Shown here one piece after another: positions 20,594 to 30,713 of a stretch of DNA of 64,000 nt. A model generated the notes under the pieces. The model was not told the origin of the DNA, ran no database searches, and saw only the letters and a program-made list of their open reading frames with translations. The translations under genes were made by a program, and so were the position numbers. Within the stretch, counting starts at the first letter, position 1, and each line of letters starts with the position of its first letter. Source of the stretch: Marispirochaeta sp. (GTDB taxonomy: Bacteria > Spirochaetota > Spirochaetia > JC444 > Marispirochaetaceae); assembly GCA_963676835.2 (NCBI GenBank), contig CAXXFF010000002.1:1376001-1440000 (forward strand), written 5' to 3'.

Positions 20594-20770
20594 GATCTCC
20601 CTTGTTCCCTTTCCATTGGGCTTTCTCGGGTACGGTATTGCTCTCCGCGCATATATACCCGGTTCAAATATCGGCAGGGCCCTTTATAAATATTAGGCAG
20701 CTTTTGCGCGAATGTGTATTAAGTAAACAGCTTTTTACGCCGAATCTTTTAGTACAGGTGTAATTTCAAG

Positions 20771-22444
20771 GTGAGTATACGCGCAAAGATTATCCTCATA
20801 GTTGTTCCTCTTTTAGTGACGGCCCTGCTGATCAGCAGTACCATAAGCTCGTACTCGGCCCGCAGCGGTATGACCCGTATAGCCATGTCCTCCATGGCAT
20901 TCAAAGCCCAGGAACTGAACAAGTATATGGAGAGCCAGTGGAATCTGCTGGTAACCAATGAGCTTTCCGAAAATAAAGAGTATGTGGATGTTGCCCGCTC
21001 CGCCATGGAAGCCTATGCTGCCTCGGTGGTAAGTACTCCCACAGAGCTGATTTTCGCCTTTCCGGTTTCCACTGATTCCGGAGAAATGAATCCGGAACTT
21101 TCAACAGGTGAATTAGAACTGACCGATGCCGACAGAGCGGCACTGCAGGCTCTTGCTCTTGAGGATAAGCGAGGCTGGCTTGAGTTTTCATTAAACGGCA
21201 ATCCCCGGGTAGGGCATGCTTTCCGCTTTTCGCCCTTTGACTGGATGGTGATTGTCTCTGAAGATTCCTCTGCGTTTTATAAGGAAGTTACAGAGCTTAC
21301 TACCCGCAACTATATGGTTCTCGGCGGATCTATAGTTATTTCTATTATTATCCTGCTTATTGTTACCGGTGTTATTACCCGGCCTCTGACCCGGGTGGCG
21401 TCCACCATGAAGGAAATTATCAACGACAGTGATCTCTCCCGGCGGGTTCCGGTGGAGTATAACGATGAGACCGGGGATCTTGCCAATACCTTCAACATAA
21501 TGGCAGAGGGGCTGAACAAGGCCTCGGAAAGCGTTAAAAGCCAGGCGTTGAAAGCGGTGATGGCCCAGAAAAATGAGCACAAGATCCGCAATATCTTTCA
21601 GAAATATGTTCCCAAGGATGTAATAGACTCTATTTTTGATAATCCCGAGTCAATGCTGAAAGGGGATAACCAGATTGTCGCCATCCTCTTCTCCGATATC
21701 CGCTCCTTTACCACCATCTCCGAAGGCTACATGCCGGATGAGCTGGTAAATGTCCTTAATGAGTACTTCGAGATTATGGTTGATATTATCATGGAGCATG
21801 GGGGAATCATCGACAAGTATATCGGTGATGCCATCATGGCCTTTTTCGGTGCTCCGGTAAAATACAAGAATGATGCCCTCAATGCGGTTGCGGTTGCCCT
21901 GAAGATGCAGGCAGCCCTGCGTGTTTTCAACCGGAATCTCGAGGAAAAAGGCAAGCCCAAGTTTATTACCGGAATTGGAATTAACTACGGAATGGTTACG
22001 GTGGGTAATATCGGCAGCCAGAAGAAGATGGACTACACCATTATCGGAGACATGGTAAACCTCGGCTCCCGCCTGGAGGGCCTCACTAAACCCTACAAGC
22101 AGGACGTAATATTTTCCGAAAGTGTCTACCGCAAGGTAAAGGATACCTATCCCTGCCGTCTGGTTGATAAGGTTCAGGTAAAGGGAAAGACCGTTGGAGC
22201 CAATATCTACACCGCCTATGAAGAGGTGAATGTCCGCCAGGAGCAGGCTCTGAAGATTCACCATGCCGCCATGTCCCGTTACTATGCCCTGGATTTTACA
22301 GGAGCCCGGCAGTACTTTGAAGCGCTGTTGAAGATTGTTCCCGATGATTATCTGGCCGGAATGTATCTTGAACGCTGTACCCGTTATATTACCGATCCTC
22401 CTCCTTCCGACTGGAACGGCGTGGAAATTCTAACCAGTAAATAG
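20771..22444 (+). CDS. Class III adenylate cyclase with periplasmic sensor and HAMP domains
   Basis: Two TMs; HAMP (DETGDLANTFNIM); LFSDIRSFT; DKYIGDAIMA (Lys implies ATP); DYTIIGDMVNLGSRLEG. Confidence 0.92.
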   Translation: MSIRAKIILIVVPLLVTALLISSTISSYSARSGMTRIAMSSMAFKAQELNKYMESQWNLLVTNELSENKEYVDVARSAMEAYAASVVSTPTELIFAFPVSTDSGEMNPELSTGELELTDADRAALQALALEDKRGWLEFSLNGNPRVGHAFRFSPFDWMVIVSEDSSAFYKEVTELTTRNYMVLGGSIVISIIILLIVTGVITRPLTRVASTMKEIINDSDLSRRVPVEYNDETGDLANTFNIMAEGLNKASESVKSQALKAVMAQKNEHKIRNIFQKYVPKDVIDSIFDNPESMLKGDNQIVAILFSDIRSFTTISEGYMPDELVNVLNEYFEIMVDIIMEHGGIIDKYIGDAIMAFFGAPVKYKNDALNAVAVALKMQAALRVFNRNLEEKGKPKFITGIGINYGMVTVGNIGSQKKMDYTIIGDMVNLGSRLEGLTKPYKQDVIFSESVYRKVKDTYPCRLVDKVQVKGKTVGANIYTAYEEVNVRQEQALKIHHAAMSRYYALDFTGARQYFEALLKIVPDDYLAGMYLERCTRYITDPPPSDWNGVEILTSK

Positions 22445-22591
22445 CCGGCTTCCACCTTAGCCTGGGAGGGCCTGATCCGCGGGTTAAAGTTTTTTCCGTT
22501 ATGGGTTACTGTCTTCAGGACTGCTTGTCTCTGCTTCTTAATCATCAGCACCGGCTTGCGTTAACTTTTTCTGAAACGGACAGATGCCTCA

Positions 22592-23317
22592 ATGAAATAT
22601 ACCATCGACCTTCATACCCATTCTATTTCATCAAACCATGCCTACAGCACCCTGCAGGAGATGGCCGCCCATGCCCGGGATACGGGTATTACAACCTTTG
22701 CTCTTACTGATCACGGGCCCGCTCTCCCCGGCGGGGCTCATGAGTATCACTTCGGGAATATGAAGATCCTGCCGGAAACCATTTACGGCGTCGAGGTTCT
22801 CAAGGGTATCGAGGCGAATGTAACCAGCGAAGAGGGGGAGATTGATCTTGCAGGTGAAAGACTTGAACTTCTTGATATCGTGCTGGTTGGTTTTCACCGG
22901 GACAGCGGGTATAACAGCATATCCGTTGAGAAGAACACCGAAACCGCAGTTAAGCTCTTCGCATCAAACAAAGTCGATATTATGACTCATCCGGGTAACC
23001 TGGAGTATCCTGTTGATCTCCATGAACTTGTGGCAGCTGCAGGCAGGTACAATGTAGCCCTGGAGATGAATAACAGCTCCTTTGTGGCCAGCCGCAAACA
23101 TTCCAGCGATAACTGTAAACAGCTATTGTCCATAGCCAAAGAGGCGGGCATCTATATTTCCCTTGGCAGTGATTCCCATATCTCCTTCGATGTTGGACGG
23201 CTCGATATTGTTGCCGGGCTTGTTGAGGATATCGACTATCCCCGGGATAAAATACTCAACACAAGCCGAGAGCTACTGGCGGAGTTTCTTTCCATACGGC
23301 ATTCAAAAAGCAGATAA
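22592..23317 (+). CDS. PHP-domain phosphatase (YcdX-like)
   Basis: DLHTHS, HAYST, TDHGP, GIEAN, HPGN, EMNNSS and GSDSH motifs. Confidence 0.92.
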   Translation: MKYTIDLHTHSISSNHAYSTLQEMAAHARDTGITTFALTDHGPALPGGAHEYHFGNMKILPETIYGVEVLKGIEANVTSEEGEIDLAGERLELLDIVLVGFHRDSGYNSISVEKNTETAVKLFASNKVDIMTHPGNLEYPVDLHELVAAAGRYNVALEMNNSSFVASRKHSSDNCKQLLSIAKEAGIYISLGSDSHISFDVGRLDIVAGLVEDIDYPRDKILNTSRELLAEFLSIRHSKSR

Positions 23318-23420
23318 AGTTTCAGGATAACTTTTTTACCTTCTTAAATTTCCGGACAGAGGCTTGCATTAATATGTTCTAACTGTTAAAACAGGTAAAA
23401 CAAGCAAAAAAGAGGTGATT

Positions 23421-24092
23421 ATGCCGGCAGTGCGGGAATGGTCCGGAGAACCGAAGACCAAGGAAGAGCAGGTATACGAGCAGTTAAAGGAGCTCATTCT
23501 GAAAGGGGAAATTCCCGCAAAGGAGTTTCTTTCCCAGAGAACTCTGGCTGCAAAGGTTGATGCGGCGGTGATTACCGTACGGGCGGCCCTGCGACAGCTG
23601 GAGAGTGACGGTCTGGTTGAGAATGTGCCCCGCTGGGGGGTCCGTCTTCCGGAAGAGACCGAAGCCACCCTGACGGACCGCTACTACATGCGGACTCTCT
23701 TCGAGTGCGAAGCGGTACGGCAGCTTGTACGCAGGAGGGACAGTCTTGATCCTGCGCCCCTGCTTGAGCTCGCCCGGGAGTGTGATCGTATTGACCTTGA
23801 TCCGGAAGGGGATGCGGAAGCCTTCGGTAATGTCCATTATGCCTTTCACCGCGAGATCGTGGCTTTAACTGAATCGCCCCTCATGAGCCGGATGTTTGAG
23901 CGGATCAACCTGAAAAACCTCTTTTTCTGGAATGCCTATCACACCTGGCATGGAATTGATTCCCGTCATCTGGGCGACCATGAGGCCCTGGTTAACAGTC
24001 TCTTTTCTCTGGATGAAGCGGCTGCCGCAGAGCTTATGGAAGCACATGTTCAGAGGGGACTCTCCTTTGAACTCAAAGGAATAAATGCATAA
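23421..24092 (+). CDS. GntR family (FCD) transcriptional regulator
   Basis: VYEQLKELILKG..LSQRTLA..TVRAALRQLESDGLV winged HTH; FCD motifs FHREI and DHEAL. Confidence 0.9.
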   Translation: MPAVREWSGEPKTKEEQVYEQLKELILKGEIPAKEFLSQRTLAAKVDAAVITVRAALRQLESDGLVENVPRWGVRLPEETEATLTDRYYMRTLFECEAVRQLVRRRDSLDPAPLLELARECDRIDLDPEGDAEAFGNVHYAFHREIVALTESPLMSRMFERINLKNLFFWNAYHTWHGIDSRHLGDHEALVNSLFSLDEAAAAELMEAHVQRGLSFELKGINA

Positions 24093-24146
24093 AACCCCGG
24101 AGAAGAACGGACTTCGGGATAATTTAAATTTCTAAGGACAGTTATT

Positions 24147-25361
24147 ATGAGCATGGAACAGACATGGAGATGGTACGGACCGGAAGACCCGGTAACCCTC
24201 AACGATATCCGGCAGGCGGGTGCCACCGGAATTGTAACCGCACTGCATGATATCCCCATCGGGGAAGTGTGGCCTGTTGAGGAGCTTGAGAAGCGTAAGC
24301 GCATGATCGAGTGGGACGACTCGGTAAGCCCCGCACGGAACCGGGGACTGAGCTGGTCGGTTATAGAGAGTATTCCCGTCCACGAGGATATCAAGCTCGG
24401 TCTTCCCTCCAGGGAGAGATTCATCGAACAGTACAAGCAGAGCATCCGCAATGCCGGCAGTGTCGGGGTAAAGACTGTCTGCTATAACTTTATGCCCATT
24501 CTGGACTGGACGCGGACGGATCTTGAGTTTCAGCTTGAAGATGGTTCCCTTGCTCTGCGTTTTGATATGGACGAGTTTGCCGCCTTCGATCTCTATATGC
24601 TCAAACGCCCGGGGGCGGAACAGGAGTGGGATGCAGAGCGTCAGAAATCTGCCCTTGAGGCCTTTGAGGCCATGTCCGGGGAGGACAAGGCCCTGCTTCA
24701 GCACAACATTATTGCCGGCCTCCCGGGAGGGCAGGAGGGCTATACCCTGAAGCAGTTTCAGGCAAAACTGAATACCTACAGTACAGTGGATGATGCCGCC
24801 CTGCGGGAGAATCTTGCCTACTTTCTTAAAGCTATAGTACCTGTGGCCATTGAGGCGGATGTAAAGCTTGCCATCCATCCCGATGATCCTCCCTATCCTT
24901 TATTCGGTCTTCCCCGCATAGTCAGTACCGAGGATGACCTGCGCCAGATTCTCAGTGTCTATGACACCGTCTACAACGGGTTTACCCTCTGCACCGGCAG
25001 CTATGGTGTGCGGGCGGATAACGATCTGGTGCATATGGTGGAGAAGTACGGAACCAAGCTTAACTTCGCCCACCTCCGCAGTACCCAGCGGGAGGCTGAC
25101 GGAAGCTTTTTTGAGGCAGCCCACCTGCAGGGAAATGTGGATATGTACCGGGTAATGCGGGCAATCCTCAAAGAGGAGAAGCTCCGGATTGCCCTGGGCC
25201 GGCGGGATTCAAGCATTCCCATGCGGGCGGACCACGGCCATACCATTCTGGATGACCTGAACAAGAAGACCAACCCGGGCTATTCGGCCATTGGTATTCT
25301 CCGGGGTATGGCGGAACTCCGGGGTCTTGAACTGGGACTCGAACGGAGCGGGGCTATCTAG
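24147..25361 (+). CDS. uxuA: Mannonate dehydratase
   Basis: [47 protein letters not shown] and PGYSAIG. Confidence 0.96.
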   Translation: MSMEQTWRWYGPEDPVTLNDIRQAGATGIVTALHDIPIGEVWPVEELEKRKRMIEWDDSVSPARNRGLSWSVIESIPVHEDIKLGLPSRERFIEQYKQSIRNAGSVGVKTVCYNFMPILDWTRTDLEFQLEDGSLALRFDMDEFAAFDLYMLKRPGAEQEWDAERQKSALEAFEAMSGEDKALLQHNIIAGLPGGQEGYTLKQFQAKLNTYSTVDDAALRENLAYFLKAIVPVAIEADVKLAIHPDDPPYPLFGLPRIVSTEDDLRQILSVYDTVYNGFTLCTGSYGVRADNDLVHMVEKYGTKLNFAHLRSTQREADGSFFEAAHLQGNVDMYRVMRAILKEEKLRIALGRRDSSIPMRADHGHTILDDLNKKTNPGYSAIGILRGMAELRGLELGLERSGAI

Positions 25362-25430
25362 TTATCCAGGTTCTCTCCTCTTTTGACTCTTCTTTGACTC
25401 TTCCTTTTTTCTGTGGAATACTCATGACCA

Positions 25431-27656
25431 ATGGGAACAGAAACAAGAATTGTAACCACAAGCGGCGGCCACAACTGCGGCGGCCGCTGTCTTTTTGATG
25501 TTTATGTGGAGAACGGCCGGGCCGTAAAAATCCGGGGATCTGAACGGACCTTCGGTCCGGACAATCTTAAACTGACCCCCTGCAGCCGGGCTGGAAGCTA
25601 CATTGAGCGGCTGAATCATCCCGACAGGCTGAAGTATCCCCTGCGTAGAACCGGCAGGCGGGGAGAGGGCAGTTTTGAACGGATCAGCTGGGACGAAGCC
25701 CTGGATACGGTTGCATCGGAACTTACCCGTATAAGCAGCAAGTACGGACCCCAGTCGCGGTGGGTAAACTACGCCACCGGTTCCCTGGGAAAGCTTGCGG
25801 AGCGGATGTTCTTCAAGCGCCTTCTTGCCCTTACCGGGGGCTACCTCGACAGCTATAACACCTATAGCAATGCCTGCACTGTACAGGCCACACCCTATAC
25901 CTACGGAACAGCGGTAACTGCCAGCTCCCGGGATACCTGGTTTCATTCAAAGCTGATAATTCTCTGGGGCCATAACCCTGTTGAGACAATCTTCGGTACC
26001 GGAACCGGCTGGTACCTGAAAGAGGCCAAAAAGCGGGGAGCCCGCATTATAGTCATTGATCCCCGGCGTTCCGACTCTGCTAAAACCCTGGCGGACTGGT
26101 GGATTCCCGTTCGGCCCACCACGGACAATGCTCTGATGGATGCCATGACCTGGGTAATGATCACGGAGAATATCTATAACAGAGAGTTTGTGGAGAAATT
26201 CTGTATAGGCTTTGACGAAGAGAGTATGCCCGAAGGTATAGCGGAGGGGCATTCCCTTTCCGCATATGTTCTTGGAACCCATGACGGTGTTGCCAAAACT
26301 CCCGAGTGGGCCGAAGCCATCTGTGGGGTGCCTGCGGATGATATAAGGAAGCTTGCCCGGGAGTTTGCTCTTTCAAAACCGGCTGCTCTTGTGCAGGGCT
26401 GGGGACCTCAGCGGCATGCCTACGGCGAGCAGCCCGCCCGGGGAGCAACGGTGCTGGCGGCAATTACCGGAAATGTCGGGATCGACGGGGGCTGGGCATC
26501 CGGGGCTGCTCAGGGACGTCGGGTCCCCCTTGCATCTGTGGTGCCGGAGAACCCGGTTAAGGCTTCCATTCCTATTTATATCTGGCCTGACGCCATAGAG
26601 AAAGGTACCAGCCTCGGCGCAGACGACGGCCTGGTGGGGGCTGATAAGCTTGATTCAAATATCAAGTTTATTGCAAATCTGGCGGGGAATATTATTGGCA
26701 ATCAGCATTCCGATATTAATGCTACAGCTGAACTGCTGGCAGACGAGAGTAAATGTGAGTTTATCCTGGTTGCCGATGAGTTTATGACCAACAGCGCCAG
26801 ACTTGCCGATATAGTTCTTCCAAGTACCAATTTTATGGAGCGCATTGATATTCTCGAGTCGGGCAACCAGGGGCGCTACGCAGTATTTCTTGAGAAAATA
26901 GTAGAGCCTGAGTTTGAACGGCGTACCGGCTACGACTGGATAGCCGAAATCGCGGACAGAATAGGTCTGGGCTCTGAGTTTCGGGAAGGGCGCAGCTATG
27001 AGGACTGGGCTCGATATGTTGTGGCGGAAACTCAGAAGAGGGTCCCTGACTTCCCGGATTTTGAAAAATTCCGCAGAGAGAGCATCTATTTTCCCGAATC
27101 AGGCGCCCCTTATGTGGCCTTTCGTGAGCAGATAGAGGACCCTGCCAACAACCCCTTTCCAACACCCTCAGGAAAGATCGAGCTCTTTTCAGAGCGGCTG
27201 TATAGAATGAATAAGCCCGATGTTATTCCGGCAGTGCCCAAATATGTTCCCGCCTGGGAAGGGCCGGAGGATCCCCTGATAAAGGAGTTTCCCCTCCAGC
27301 TTATCGCCTGGCACAGTAAGCGCAGTGCACATTCCACCTTTGCCAATCTGGAGCGTGCCGAAAAGGTGGTCGCTATGCATGTGAGCATGAACACTCAGGA
27401 CGCCGCAGCCCGGGGTATTGGTGATGGTGATCTGGTGAGGATATTCAACAGCAGGGGTGAAGTCCGGGTTCCTGCTAAAGTGAGTGATGATATTATGGCC
27501 GGCGTTGCCGCACTTCCTCAGGGAGGCTGGCCCCGGCCGGACGCCTCGGGAGCAGACCGTGGGGGATGTATCAACACCCTGACTAAATATCAGCCTACTC
27601 CCCTGGCGAAGGGAAACCCCCAGCATACCAACCTGGCGGAGATTGAGAAGGTGTAA
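25431..27656 (+). CDS. DMSO-reductase family molybdopterin oxidoreductase, catalytic subunit (DmsA/YnfE-like), no Tat leader
   Basis: HNCGGRC..C Fe-S motif; HPDRLKYPL; ISWDEALD; YSNAC (Ser ligand); WGHNPVET; KTPEWAE; TPSGKIE; GNPQHT. Confidence 0.88.
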   Translation: MGTETRIVTTSGGHNCGGRCLFDVYVENGRAVKIRGSERTFGPDNLKLTPCSRAGSYIERLNHPDRLKYPLRRTGRRGEGSFERISWDEALDTVASELTRISSKYGPQSRWVNYATGSLGKLAERMFFKRLLALTGGYLDSYNTYSNACTVQATPYTYGTAVTASSRDTWFHSKLIILWGHNPVETIFGTGTGWYLKEAKKRGARIIVIDPRRSDSAKTLADWWIPVRPTTDNALMDAMTWVMITENIYNREFVEKFCIGFDEESMPEGIAEGHSLSAYVLGTHDGVAKTPEWAEAICGVPADDIRKLAREFALSKPAALVQGWGPQRHAYGEQPARGATVLAAITGNVGIDGGWASGAAQGRRVPLASVVPENPVKASIPIYIWPDAIEKGTSLGADDGLVGADKLDSNIKFIANLAGNIIGNQHSDINATAELLADESKCEFILVADEFMTNSARLADIVLPSTNFMERIDILESGNQGRYAVFLEKIVEPEFERRTGYDWIAEIADRIGLGSEFREGRSYEDWARYVVAETQKRVPDFPDFEKFRRESIYFPESGAPYVAFREQIEDPANNPFPTPSGKIELFSERLYRMNKPDVIPAVPKYVPAWEGPEDPLIKEFPLQLIAWHSKRSAHSTFANLERAEKVVAMHVSMNTQDAAARGIGDGDLVRIFNSRGEVRVPAKVSDDIMAGVAALPQGGWPRPDASGADRGGCINTLTKYQPTPLAKGNPQHTNLAEIEKV

Positions 27657-27675
27657 TATCAAAAAGGAAAATCAT

Positions 27676-28095
27676 ATGAAAAAAGAATGGAACCAATCCG
27701 AAATTGTTCTCTACACGACCCCCGAAGGGGATATTAAAGTAGATGCCATTTTACAGAACGAAACCATCTTGCTTACCCAGAATGGTATGGCGGAATTATT
27801 TGGAGTGCAAAGACCGGCTATTACAAAACACTTAAAAAATATTTTTGACACTGAAGAACTGAATGAGAAAGTGGTTAGTTCTGTTTTGGAACATACCACT
27901 CCTCATGGTGCAATAGAGGGAAAAACGCAGACAAAAGAAGTAAAGTATTACACACTTGATGCCATTATAGCTGTAGGTTACAGGGTTAATTCCAAACGTG
28001 CCACGCATTTCAGGATTTGGGCAACTGATATTCTGAAGGAATATATCATTAAAGGCTTTTCCATGGATGATGTACGCTTGAAGAGCTGGAAATAA
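27676..28095 (+). pseudogene. Truncated RhuM-family (virulence RhuM) protein
   Basis: LTQNGMAELF, YTLDAIIAVGYRVNSKRATHFRIWAT and EYIIKGF motifs, but the ORF stops after about 139 aa; visibly AT-rich. Confidence 0.7.
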
Positions 28096-28149
28096 AGCTC
28101 CTTTCAAATAAAAAGGGTTTAAACGAATAATTTTGATATTTCGTGATCC

Positions 28150-29538
28150 CTACAAGGAATGAATCGGCCGTTCCCAGGCGGCCATGGCGGCTTCTTTAAC
28201 CGCTTCGGCCAGGCTCGGGTGGGCGTGGATGGTGCGTGCCAGATCTTCGGCACTGCCGCCGAACTCCATCAGCACCGCCGCTTCATGAATCAGCTCCGAT
28301 GCATGTTCTCCGGCTATATGCACCCCTAATACGGTATCATCCTTTTTACGGGTAAGAATCTTCACCATTCCTTCGTTGTTGCCTGCGGCTATTGCCCTTC
28401 CGTTACCGGAGAAGCGGAAAATACCTTTTTTGTACTCTATGCCTTCTTTTCTACACTGCTCCTCGGTCTTTCCAACCATGGCGGCTTCGGGATGGGTGTA
28501 GAGGGCTCCTGGAATAAGGGAGTAGTTTACCTTTCCATATTTACCTGCAAGCATTTCCACACAGGCTGCCGCCTCTTCGCTGGCCTTGTGGGCCAGCATG
28601 GGGCCTGCAATGCAGTCACCTACGGCAAAGATTCCCGCAGCACCGGTTTCGTATCGGTCTGAAACCGTAATACGGCCGTTTTCTGTTTCTATGCCCAGGG
28701 CTATGGTGTCGATTCCTTCCCAAACGGGTTTTCTTCCCGCCGCAACCAGCACCTTGTTGCCTCGAAATTCGCTGAAATTGCCGTCGGCTGCCTGGGCTTT
28801 CAAGTTGACTTCTGAATTACCGCTGTTGCCTTCGAGGATTTTTACTCCGCAGTGGAACTCGATTCCCTGTTTTTCCAGACTCTTCTGTACTGTTTTGGCA
28901 ATATCCCTGTCCCAGCCGGTAAGTATCTCCGGCATGGATTCGATAATCTGCACACAGGCGCCGAGTCTGGACCAGACACTCCCAAGTTCCAGCCCTATTA
29001 CCCCGGCTCCGACAATAAGCAGTCTTTCGGGAATTTCGCTGAATTCCAGGGCATCTGTGGAATCTACTACTGAAGTGTGATCAAAGGGCAGAAAGGGCAG
29101 TTCTGCAGGCCTGCTGCCGGTGGCAATGAGAATGGAGTCCGAGCGGTACTCTTCAGATCCGACTCTGACTATCCCGGGTGTGCTTACCTCGGCGCTGCCC
29201 CGAATAACATCAACCTTGTTTCCTTTCAGCAGGGAGGCAACTCCCCGGGTGAGGCTTCCTACAACCCGGTTCTTACGGCTTATCATGGCTTTGACATCAA
29301 TTGACGGGGGCGCGCAGACAATACCGTGGTCTGCTGCCTCCTTCTGAATCTGCCGGAAGAGGGCGGAGGAGCTTAAAAGGGCCTTGGAAGGAATACAGCC
29401 CACATTAAGGCAGGTTCCTCCCATGGTTGCCGCTTTCTCCACCAGCAGAACCTTCATTCCCAGCTGAGCAGCCCTGATGGCACCAACATAGCCTCCCGGT
29501 CCGGCTCCTATAACAATGAGGTTGTAGTTTGTGCTCAT
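28150..29538 (-). CDS. lpdA: Dihydrolipoyl dehydrogenase (E3)
   Basis: GAGPGGY, GGTCLNVGCIPSK, GAGVIGLE, MLAHKA and HAHPSLAE. Confidence 0.96.
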   Translation of the reverse strand: MSTNYNLIVIGAGPGGYVGAIRAAQLGMKVLLVEKAATMGGTCLNVGCIPSKALLSSSALFRQIQKEAADHGIVCAPPSIDVKAMISRKNRVVGSLTRGVASLLKGNKVDVIRGSAEVSTPGIVRVGSEEYRSDSILIATGSRPAELPFLPFDHTSVVDSTDALEFSEIPERLLIVGAGVIGLELGSVWSRLGACVQIIESMPEILTGWDRDIAKTVQKSLEKQGIEFHCGVKILEGNSGNSEVNLKAQAADGNFSEFRGNKVLVAAGRKPVWEGIDTIALGIETENGRITVSDRYETGAAGIFAVGDCIAGPMLAHKASEEAAACVEMLAGKYGKVNYSLIPGALYTHPEAAMVGKTEEQCRKEGIEYKKGIFRFSGNGRAIAAGNNEGMVKILTRKKDDTVLGVHIAGEHASELIHEAAVLMEFGGSAEDLARTIHAHPSLAEAVKEAAMAAWERPIHSL

Positions 29539-29540
29539 CG

Positions 29541-30713
29541 CTATAGTTCCAGCAGGAGCCGCTGGGGATTTTCCAGCTGCCGTTTTATGGATGTCAGAAA
29601 ACCAACAGCTTCTTTTCCGTCGATAATGCGGTGGTCGTAGGTAAGGGCAAGATACATCATGGGACGGATAACCACCTGATCGTTCTCGGCAACCGGACGC
29701 TTCTGTATGGTGTGCATTCCCAGTACTGCTGTCTGGGGCGGTGTGGGGATCGGCGTAGACAGGAGCGAGCCGAAGATGCCGCCGTTGGTTATGGTAAAGG
29801 TTCCTCCGGACATATCGTCCAGGGTGAGTTTCTTTTCCCGTGCTTTGTTTCCGAAGCCGGCAATAGCTCTTTCTATGTCTGCAAAGCCCATGGCTTCGGC
29901 CTGTTTCAGTACAGGAACCACCAGACCGCGATCGGTGGAAACCGCAATTCCCACGTTGCAGGTTTTATAGAGGATCATGTCCGTACCGTCGATGGACGAG
30001 TTTACCCGGGGAAAGTCCTTCAGGGCACGGCAGGCGGCCTTTACAAAAAAGGACATGAATCCGAGCTTTACCTTTTTTGAGGCAAGAAATTCCTCGCCCA
30101 GGCTTTTGCGGATTTCCATAACCGGTGCAAGATTCACCTCGTTGAAGGTGGTAAGGTGGGCGGATTCCCGTTTTGAGGCAACCAGATTTGCCGCTATGCT
30201 CCTGCGGATCCGGGACATGGGCTCCCGGGTGTATTCAGTACCGGTTTTTGCTTCGGTACTCTGTACTGCCGGTGCCGGGACATCCGGTGCGGGCGGCGGT
30301 GCCGGTGCAGATAGAGAATTTTCTTCAGGTATGGTCTCTTCAACATGGGCGCACATATCCGCCTTGGTTACCCTGCCGTCCTTTCCGCTTCCGGAGATCG
30401 TATCAGGATCAACACCGGTCTCCGCTGCCATTCTCCGGACTGCCGGTGACTGATGTCCCGGTTTACTGTCCAGGGCTTCTGCAGGTGTTATGCTGCCTAT
30501 GACGGTACCCGGTGTAACTTCAGTATCCCGGGGTATGAGAATTTTCAGAATACCTTCAGCCGGCGCCGGCACCGCCATGGTCGCTTTGTCGCTTTCCAGT
30601 TCGCAGAGCTCGGCCCCTTCCGTTACGTTGCTTCCGTCTTCAAAAAGCCAGCTGCTCAAGTAGGCGGTGGAAATGGATTCTCCCATTTCCGGAACGGATA
30701 TATCAATTTTCAT
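29541..30713 (-). CDS. sucB: Dihydrolipoyllysine succinyltransferase (E2o)
   Basis: Lipoyl domain ELESDKA; E3-binding [36 protein letters not shown]. Confidence 0.95.
   Translation of the reverse strand: MKIDISVPEMGESISTAYLSSWLFEDGSNVTEGAELCELESDKATMAVPAPAEGILKILIPRDTEVTPGTVIGSITPAEALDSKPGHQSPAVRRMAAETGVDPDTISGSGKDGRVTKADMCAHVEETIPEENSLSAPAPPPAPDVPAPAVQSTEAKTGTEYTREPMSRIRRSIAANLVASKRESAHLTTFNEVNLAPVMEIRKSLGEEFLASKKVKLGFMSFFVKAACRALKDFPRVNSSIDGTDMILYKTCNVGIAVSTDRGLVVPVLKQAEAMGFADIERAIAGFGNKAREKKLTLDDMSGGTFTITNGGIFGSLLSTPIPTPPQTAVLGMHTIQKRPVAENDQVVIRPMMYLALTYDHRIIDGKEAVGFLTSIKRQLENPQRLLLEL

Noticed and set aside
23364..23392. Possible GntR operator AATATGTTCTAACTGTT in the gntR-uxuA promoter
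   Set aside because: Single imperfect palindrome with no second copy to support it.
25431..27656. Selenocysteine recoding in the molybdoenzyme
   Set aside because: The ORF is uninterrupted and the predicted Mo ligand position is Ser, with no in-frame TGA.
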